DNA from: Candidatus Bathyarchaeota archaeon
GTDB taxonomy: Archaea; Thermoproteota; Bathyarchaeia; Bathyarchaeales; Bathycorpusculaceae
NCBI GenBank assembly: GCA_026014665.1
Contig: JAOZHX010000025.1
Span: 23,854-87,853 of the forward strand
DNA: 64,000 nt
Direction of reading: 5' to 3'
Shown here piece by piece: positions 57,235 through 64,000 of the stretch; position 1 is the stretch's first letter; every line of letters starts with the position of its first letter. A model generated the notes under the pieces. That model was not told the DNA's origin. It made no database searches and saw only the letters and a list, made by a program, of their open reading frames with translations. The translations under genes were made by a program, and so were the position numbers.

Positions 57235-58521
57235 TTAGGGGTAAAACCTTCTTGTAGTTCTGGGGAATGGGATAGCGTCTATGATGTTGTCTAAGTCCAG
57301 CATCCAAACCAAGAGCCTCTCCAAACCCATGCCGAAGCCAACGTGTGGGACCGTGCCATAGCGGCGAAGGTCCAGATACCATTCGTAATCTTCGGGTTTT
57401 AAGCCCTGTTCCCTCATACGTTGAATTAAAATGTCTTTGTTTTCTTCTCTTGCACCGCCAGTGCTGATTTCGCCTATGCGGGGCACCATCATATCCACGG
57501 ACATGGCGATTTCTGGGTGTTCCCTGTAGGTTTTGCAGTAGAACGCTTTAATGGCAGTGGGGTAATCGTAGACGAAGAAGGGTTTGCCGAATTTATCAGC
57601 TAAAACTTTCTCGTCTTCATAGCCTAAGTCTGAACCCCAAGTTAATGCTGGGTTCGCAGGTTTGAGCTGCTCGATGGCTTCTTGGTAAGTTATCCGTGGA
57701 AATGGTGTTTGGACAGCTTTGAGTTTTTCGATGTCAGCTCCTAATTCCTTGAACTCTTTTTGGCAGGTGTTGGCGATAGTTTGGCAAACATGTGTCATTA
57801 ATCCTTCTTCAAATTTCATAAGATCATCCATGTCAGCGAAAGGCCACTCACCTTCAATATGCCAGTACTCTGTGAGGTGGCGGATGGTACGGCTCTTTTC
57901 CGCACGGAAAGAAGGCGCGATGCAATAAACGTTTTCCAAAGAGTAGATTAGAATTTCAAGATAGAGCTGGCTGCTTTGAGTCAAATAGAGATCTTGGTCA
58001 AAATACTTTAAGCCGAACAGTGTTGACCCGCCCTCTACTGCAGCTGAGATGAACATGGGCGGAGATACCTCGGTATAATTTTGCTGCTTGAAATATTTGC
58101 GGGTTGCCTCTAAAACTTCGGCACGAACCTTCATGACTAAATTCATTTTACGGCTTCTCAACCAGAGATGTCGCATATCACGGATGAATTCTTCACTTTT
58201 GTCCTTAGCGATGGGGAAAGTTTCTGCTAAACCAATGATGTTAACTAATTCAGAGTTGATTTCATAGCCGCCTGGGGCACGTTTATCTTCTTTGACTGTG
58301 CCTTCTAAGGAAAGGGAGGATTCTATGGTTAGTTTTTGGGCTTCGTTCCATGCAGGGCTAGTTTTTTTGACCGTGCATTGGATTACGCCGGTTGAATCGC
58401 GGATAAGCAGGAAAATGAGTTCTTTGCTTTCACGTTTGCGGTAAACCCATCCGCGCACGGCGATTTTTTGGTCTGTACATTTGCCATCTAAGATTTGGCT
58501 TATCTTTGTTATAGGAGCCAT
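57235..58521 (-). CDS. asnS: Asparaginyl-tRNA synthetase
   Basis: OB domain GWVYRKR, YLTQSSQLYLE, FRAEKS...HLTEYWHIE, GTVPHVGFGMGLERL. Confidence 0.92.
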   Translation of the reverse strand: MAPITKISQILDGKCTDQKIAVRGWVYRKRESKELIFLLIRDSTGVIQCTVKKTSPAWNEAQKLTIESSLSLEGTVKEDKRAPGGYEINSELVNIIGLAETFPIAKDKSEEFIRDMRHLWLRSRKMNLVMKVRAEVLEATRKYFKQQNYTEVSPPMFISAAVEGGSTLFGLKYFDQDLYLTQSSQLYLEILIYSLENVYCIAPSFRAEKSRTIRHLTEYWHIEGEWPFADMDDLMKFEEGLMTHVCQTIANTCQKEFKELGADIEKLKAVQTPFPRITYQEAIEQLKPANPALTWGSDLGYEDEKVLADKFGKPFFVYDYPTAIKAFYCKTYREHPEIAMSVDMMVPRIGEISTGGAREENKDILIQRMREQGLKPEDYEWYLDLRRYGTVPHVGFGMGLERLLVWMLDLDNIIDAIPFPRTTRRFYP

Positions 58522-58582
58522 CGTGCATCAACTGTTTGCAGTAATACTTATCTTGTAACCTAAATGCCTATCGATTCAAGTT

Positions 58583-59827
58583 TTAGGCTTCTTTAATGCT
58601 TGGCTCGTGAACCTTCCACAATACGAATACAAAAAGTGGAATAGCAGATGCAGCCAGCAACAGGAATGGCACCTGAGGAGAAACAAATGCATAAATCGCG
58701 CCAACTATTATTTGAAATGCTGCTTGCATAATAAACATGAAGAATTGTAAGCAGCCGGTAACTGTGCCCCTTAGGTTTCTGGGCACTAAATCACCCATCA
58801 AAACTTGATAACTGTTAAGTTGTAGGAGGTTGCCTAAACCGAAGAGAAAGAAAGCCGCCAGCATCATGTAGAAATCTGCGAACACAAAAAGTAGCATACC
58901 TGGCGCGTAAAGCAAATAGCCCAAGATTAAGAAGCGTTTTCTGCCAAAAACATCCATGCTGAACCCTGCAATGATGGCTGGAATTGCTATGGTTAAGTAC
59001 CTGAAAGCTAGCACTAAAGCCCACTCTGCTTTGGTCAAGCCAAGAATTTCTGTGGCGTAAACCACAAAGTAAACTTGACAGCTAACCACCAACCCATTTG
59101 CAACTATTATGGTTAAAAACAGGTTGAAGGCTGACTTTGGAACTTTTCGCCAGACAGTGATGCCTTCCTTTACGTATTGGGGGTAAGATTTAAGCGCTCT
59201 TATGATGCCTGGTTTTTCCTGTGTATCTTCAGGAGGTAACGTTTCTTTGAGTTTAAGCCTTAGGATCGCAATTCCAAAATACGTTAACGCCACCACGGTG
59301 TAGGCTATGCGCATGCCTAAATCAAAGTTAAAGGTGGCAACCAAATACTGGGCAATGAGAGGTGCAGGCAAGAGAACTAGGGTTGAAATCACGGATTGAA
59401 AGCTAAAACCAGCCCCCCTGTTCTCTGGCGGCAGACTGTCAAATACCATAGCCATCAAGGCTGGACCGTAAATCGAACACAAGTTTTGTATAAGCAAACC
59501 TATCAAAAGGATTGGCCAAGACGGCGCAAGAATGAAAAACAAGGTTCCTATGCCTAACCCGAAAGTCATTGAAACTATCAACCAGCGTCTGCCATGCTTA
59601 TCTGCCAAGTAGCCCCCTGGAAACTGCACAAGTGCAACTGCAATGGATCCAACAAAGCCTAGAACGGAGATGAGGAAGACGTCGGCGCCTAAATGTAAAT
59701 AGTACAGGCTTGCGTACGTATCAGGGATAGGCTGTGCAAAAAACATGATAATCCAGCTTATCGTTATAAGCAGGAAGTTGCCTCTTAAAACGGCTGAATT
59801 TCCGCGGAAAAGCGCTGTGAACCTCAT
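58583..59827 (-). CDS. MFS transporter
   Basis: GYLADKHGRR and MDVFGRKR loop motifs, 12 TMs. Confidence 0.92.
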   Translation of the reverse strand: MRFTALFRGNSAVLRGNFLLITISWIIMFFAQPIPDTYASLYYLHLGADVFLISVLGFVGSIAVALVQFPGGYLADKHGRRWLIVSMTFGLGIGTLFFILAPSWPILLIGLLIQNLCSIYGPALMAMVFDSLPPENRGAGFSFQSVISTLVLLPAPLIAQYLVATFNFDLGMRIAYTVVALTYFGIAILRLKLKETLPPEDTQEKPGIIRALKSYPQYVKEGITVWRKVPKSAFNLFLTIIVANGLVVSCQVYFVVYATEILGLTKAEWALVLAFRYLTIAIPAIIAGFSMDVFGRKRFLILGYLLYAPGMLLFVFADFYMMLAAFFLFGLGNLLQLNSYQVLMGDLVPRNLRGTVTGCLQFFMFIMQAAFQIIVGAIYAFVSPQVPFLLLAASAIPLFVFVLWKVHEPSIKEA

Positions 59828-59961
59828 TGCCTAACAAAATCTACAGATTGATTATTTAAATTAAGAGATATGCCGGCACATATTTAGCCACATGAATAAT
59901 AATGCAATGTAGCCCACAATTCTTAAATCGCCCTTATCACGAGCTTAAATAGACTATTACA

Positions 59962-61326
59962 ATGCAAGGCTCTGAGGGAAAATACAAACTTGCTGCGCTC
60001 AAAACTTCAGCTGTGGCAATCCTTAGCGTTGTAATAGTTGAGGTCTCGATCGGTTTATTGGTGAACAGTTTAGCCATTATAAGCGACGGTTTACACGCGC
60101 TCTTAGATACTGTATCAACCATTATGCTGTTTTTTGCCGTTCGAGCCGCAATGAAGCCTCCTGATGAAGAACACACATATGGTCACGAAAAATTCGAAAC
60201 AATCGGCGGACTCATCGGCGGCATCGTCTTAATCGGGGTTGCCCTTTTAGTCTTCTATGAAGCAGCCCTCAGAATAATAGGGGGTACGCAGATTTCTCAG
60301 GGCGCTGAAACGGCTGGATTTGTCGCTATAGGTTATGCACTCTTTATTGCTTCGCTTAGGGTAACGGTTTTCAGAAAAAGCCAGCACATTCAAAGTCCCT
60401 CTATGAAGGCAGGTCTCTACGATGCCATCTCAGATTTGGGCTCAACTCTCATTGCCCTCTTAGGCTTTGGCTTAGCCACTTTAGGCTTTGGCACCGGAGA
60501 TGCCTTTGCCTCAATCTTTCTCGGTGCAATGCTTAGTTATTTGAGCGTTAAGTTGGTTAGAACCAGTATATTTGAACTCAGTGACACAGCCTCAATAGAG
60601 CTAGTTCAGCGAACAAAGAAGCTGATTGCTTCATGCGAGGGCGTCGTAAGGGTTGAGAACCTGAAAGTGCGTAAAGTGAGCTCCAAAATCTTTGTCGAAG
60701 CATCTGTGCAGGTTCCAAACCTGATGAGTCTTGAGGAAGCTCATACTTTAGCCTCAAAAATTGAAGGTTGTTTAAAGGACAATTTAGGTAACGTTGATGC
60801 CACCATCCACATTGAGCCCTCGGATAAAGAGAGAAAAATGGACCTTTTGGTAGAGAAATTAGCCACTGTTGACGGAGTGAAGGAAGTGCATGAAATACAA
60901 ACCAACTACGTTGGGGGTAAACTCTACATTACACTACATGCATACGTTAATCCGGAGCTTTCAGTGGAAGAAGCACATAAAATCGCCGAAGCCATAGAAA
61001 GCCGAATGCATGCTGAAATCAAGCCTCTTGAAAACGTAACCGTGCATTTGGAGCCTTCCGGAGTTGCGGTGCCCGCAACACAAATCAACGAACCCCAACT
61101 TGTAAAGCTCGTCAATGACATTGCAAGGGGCATTAGGGGTAACCTGAGGATTAAGCGGGTGGTGACTTACGTTGCTCAGGGCAAACGCTACATAAACATA
61201 GATTGTTGCTTCACCAAGCAAGTTCAAGTTAGTGAAGCCCATAGAATAGCCTCGCTCATCGAGAAAGAAACGAAAGAACATTTTGCAAACGCCATCGTTA
61301 CGGTTCACATAGAACCTGAATGTTAA
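59962..61326 (+). CDS. Cation diffusion facilitator with three tandem C-terminal metal-binding domains
   Basis: SDGLHALLD, HTYGHEKFE, DAISD; three EAH...HIEP/HLEP repeats. Confidence 0.92.
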   Translation: MQGSEGKYKLAALKTSAVAILSVVIVEVSIGLLVNSLAIISDGLHALLDTVSTIMLFFAVRAAMKPPDEEHTYGHEKFETIGGLIGGIVLIGVALLVFYEAALRIIGGTQISQGAETAGFVAIGYALFIASLRVTVFRKSQHIQSPSMKAGLYDAISDLGSTLIALLGFGLATLGFGTGDAFASIFLGAMLSYLSVKLVRTSIFELSDTASIELVQRTKKLIASCEGVVRVENLKVRKVSSKIFVEASVQVPNLMSLEEAHTLASKIEGCLKDNLGNVDATIHIEPSDKERKMDLLVEKLATVDGVKEVHEIQTNYVGGKLYITLHAYVNPELSVEEAHKIAEAIESRMHAEIKPLENVTVHLEPSGVAVPATQINEPQLVKLVNDIARGIRGNLRIKRVVTYVAQGKRYINIDCCFTKQVQVSEAHRIASLIEKETKEHFANAIVTVHIEPEC

Positions 61327-61476
61327 ATTATCGATGCATAGCTATTCAGGCAACCAAACATTTCAGATTTAAAACAGCTCGCTAATCACTCTATTCTTAA
61401 GCGCTTTTATTCACACAAACTTTAATGCTCACCTCTGAATATTAACGGTAGTGTATATTTGCAAGAGTGAAAGAAG

Positions 61477-63696
61477 ATGCTATCCCGCTCAGCCATCGTT
61501 AAATTGAAAGCGATTCTTGTTATCGACCTCATCATCGTAGGTTCAGCCGCAGGACTTTACCTGTATTTCCAAGACCAAGGTCTTGTGACCGGTGGAGGTT
61601 CTAAACCTGCAAAGTTTATCCTTACCGACTTAGTAATCAGCCCTAATGAGGCTTATGCGGGAGAAGCCGTTGCAATATCGGTAAACGTGACAAACATCGG
61701 CGAATTAGAGGGCAACCTCACAGTGAACCTGCAAATCAACGATGCCATAAAAGACACCGCTAACCTGACGCTAGCGGGTAATTCCAGTGAAATCGTTGAA
61801 TTCAGCGACATTGAAATGCTGGAGGGAACTTACAACGTTACGATCGGCGACTTAACTGGTTTTTTCATAATCAATACCCCGCCTCCTGAATCAAGCAAAA
61901 TAATCCTGTCAAGCCTAAAAGTTGACCCGTATGAGGTCTGGGTCGACGAACCAGTGACGCTGACGGTTACGGCAGAGAACCCCACCTCAGAAGCAGATAA
62001 AATCCTTATTCGAATCATGGTAGATGACATTATGGTTAAGTCACAGGTAATAGAGTTAGAAGCCAAAGAAACACAAACCGTGAGTTTCAACGTTAGTGCG
62101 AGCACCGAGGGCAAGCACACAATTAAAGTTAACACCTTAAGCGGTTCCTTCACAATCGTAAAAACGGGCTATCACACCCTCACCATCAACAGGTCGGGCG
62201 GAGGCTCCAAATCCTTGCCCTTTAAACTAAACGGAGTGGAACACGGAACTCCTTACACGGAACTTCTGCCAGTCGGCGAATACTACATTGAATTACCCAA
62301 CCCCTTTGATGTTGGCACAGGTGTCTTGGCATTTTCATCTTGGAATGACGGCGTAAATACGCCTAATAGAGCATTCAACCTGGACAGAAAACTAATCCTA
62401 GTTGTAACTTACCAGTTGATTAGCGGATACGCATCCTGCCCGTCTCTTTACATTTGGAACGGCAACGGCTACTCGTACGTAACAGACGTCTCAAACCCCG
62501 GTTGGCTAGGGTACATAAGCTACATCACCTCCGACGGCACAATCGTATTCGGAGGCGGAAACCCCTGGGATTACGTCAAGCTTGACAAAAACGTGCTTGC
62601 ACTCAATAACGGCTATTTTGACATGACTCTCACGCAGCAGTGGGATGAACTCTTCTATCTAGACGCAGCATACATGTTAGTTGTTGATCACCCAATCGGC
62701 ACCGACGTCTACACCTCTATGACTAACTACCTCAACAAAGGCGAAACTGGACAAATCTACACAGTAACCAACGGCACCTTGTTAACTCCAGTTAGCGCCA
62801 CCAACGAGAAAGGGCAAGACGTGTTAGCACAAATATTATACAAAGATGGCGTTTTCACTCCCGGCATCAACGGAATCGAGAGTCCGTCGTGGGATAACAT
62901 AATACAGAACCAGCTGACCCTAGATCTGGGCAATCTTTCAGGCGCATCAAGCGTGAAACTTGTAATTACAGGTATGGTTGACTGGGGCTCTGCAGATACT
63001 TACTATGCCTACTTAGACCTATTCAAGACTGCTGCCGCCCAAGGACTGGTGCCTAACGGAACGCAAGTCATGCCCGCACCCTACATGGAAGTTATGGACG
63101 CAAACGGAAACTGGATACGTGCCCCGCAGGACAAACAAATACCGCTGCCATCAGACTACAACGCTCGAACCTTCATCGTAGACTTAACCGGCTTGTTCCC
63201 CGAAGGCGTCACCGACTACAAAGTAAGGTTCACTAACTTCTGGAACGTAACCTACGACTACATCGGCATCGACATAACACCCAAGCAACCAATACCAATA
63301 CAAAAAATCACACCCACCACAGCAACGCTAAGTCAACTCTGGGATACACAGTCAAAATCTTCAGGCGCATTCACCAGATACGGCGACGTTACCGAACTAA
63401 TGCAAGCTGCAGACGACATGTACGTGATTGGCAGACAAGGCGACCAAGTTAACATGCAATTCTCCACAGCAAACCTTGAACCCGTTAAAGAAGGTATGGA
63501 ACGCGACTACTTCTTTGTTGTCGCCTGCTGGTTCAAAGACCCTCCGGGAGAATGGGGTTACGGGTTTGATTTTACTGTAAACCCCTTGCCATTCATCGCC
63601 ATGAGCGGATTCCCCTATTCCACAGCAGAAAGCTATCCATACGACGCAGCACATTTAGCGTACATACAACAATACAACACACGGATCATCCCATAA
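61477..63696 (+). CDS. Large membrane-anchored surface protein: CARDB/Ig-like repeats plus C-terminal SCPxLY domain
   Basis: N-terminal TM, two VTNIG/AENP Ig-like units, SCPSLYIWNG...TDV, FTRYGDVTEL...DDMYVI..QGD. Confidence 0.85.
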   Translation: MLSRSAIVKLKAILVIDLIIVGSAAGLYLYFQDQGLVTGGGSKPAKFILTDLVISPNEAYAGEAVAISVNVTNIGELEGNLTVNLQINDAIKDTANLTLAGNSSEIVEFSDIEMLEGTYNVTIGDLTGFFIINTPPPESSKIILSSLKVDPYEVWVDEPVTLTVTAENPTSEADKILIRIMVDDIMVKSQVIELEAKETQTVSFNVSASTEGKHTIKVNTLSGSFTIVKTGYHTLTINRSGGGSKSLPFKLNGVEHGTPYTELLPVGEYYIELPNPFDVGTGVLAFSSWNDGVNTPNRAFNLDRKLILVVTYQLISGYASCPSLYIWNGNGYSYVTDVSNPGWLGYISYITSDGTIVFGGGNPWDYVKLDKNVLALNNGYFDMTLTQQWDELFYLDAAYMLVVDHPIGTDVYTSMTNYLNKGETGQIYTVTNGTLLTPVSATNEKGQDVLAQILYKDGVFTPGINGIESPSWDNIIQNQLTLDLGNLSGASSVKLVITGMVDWGSADTYYAYLDLFKTAAAQGLVPNGTQVMPAPYMEVMDANGNWIRAPQDKQIPLPSDYNARTFIVDLTGLFPEGVTDYKVRFTNFWNVTYDYIGIDITPKQPIPIQKITPTTATLSQLWDTQSKSSGAFTRYGDVTELMQAADDMYVIGRQGDQVNMQFSTANLEPVKEGMERDYFFVVACWFKDPPGEWGYGFDFTVNPLPFIAMSGFPYSTAESYPYDAAHLAYIQQYNTRIIP

Positions 63697-63830
63697 ACAA
63701 CCCATTTTTACCTTCTTTGCTTATTAGAATTGTTAATCAGTTTATTGAACAATAAAGTGCAAAATATATGTAAGATTTAAATTGCTTCCCCCTCATTTAT
63801 TGGGTTATTAAAAATTAAAGGAAGCCCCCT

Positions 63831-64000
63831 ATGTCCTTAACGCCAGAAATCTCCAATCCATATTTGGGGTCATTTACCATCGGATTACTTTATGGATTAG
63901 GGGTTTGCACTGCCGCCTGTCTGCCCTATGTAGCAGGATACATCGCAGGCACCGGCGCCGACTTCCGCAAAGGCGTCAAAGCAACGTTGCTTTTTAGCTC
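63831..64000 (+). CDS. DsbD_2/CcdA/TauE-like membrane protein, truncated by window edge
   Basis: MSLTPEISNPYLGSFTIGLLYGLGVCTAACLPYVAGYIAG (CxxxCxP); not in the ORF track. Confidence 0.75.
   Translation, partial: MSLTPEISNPYLGSFTIGLLYGLGVCTAACLPYVAGYIAGTGADFRKGVKATLLFS

Noticed and set aside
1-64000. CRISPR array or cas genes
   Set aside because: No regularly spaced direct repeats or Cas motifs were seen.

Overview
Archaeal chromosomal window, most likely from a Bathyarchaeia-type (TACK) genome. That assignment is inferred from RadA, archaeal PEP carboxylase PpcA, a CdvB/Snf7 ESCRT-III protein, the secE-spt5-L11-L1-L10 cluster and many lineage-style small membrane and zinc proteins; no database search was possible. 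Housekeeping genes (RNase Z, TrmG10, PRPP synthetase, Lhr helicase, MetRS, AsnRS, Rqc2, RadA, ribosomal proteins, tRNA-Ala(GGC)) alternate with accessory blocks of sensory, surface, glycosylation and redox genes. No CRISPR array, integrase or intact transposase is visible. The most unusual observations are: (1) a dispersed ~250-bp intergenic element in three colinear copies with conserved hairpins and no transposase; (2) a shortened CysRS paralog with a rewired Zn/cysteine pocket and no anticodon domain, directly behind a peroxiredoxin and split by an A7 homopolymer frameshift; (3) a TrmB regulator followed by a stand-alone paralog of its own effector domain, both with a YxxCxxC motif; (4) an EMC6-like membrane protein divergent from Rqc2; (5) a recurrent TTTAA-AGGGGGAGGG intergenic motif; (6) kb-scale AC/GT strand-skew patches that ignore gene direction; (7) several pseudogenes and small ORFs missing from the ORF track.
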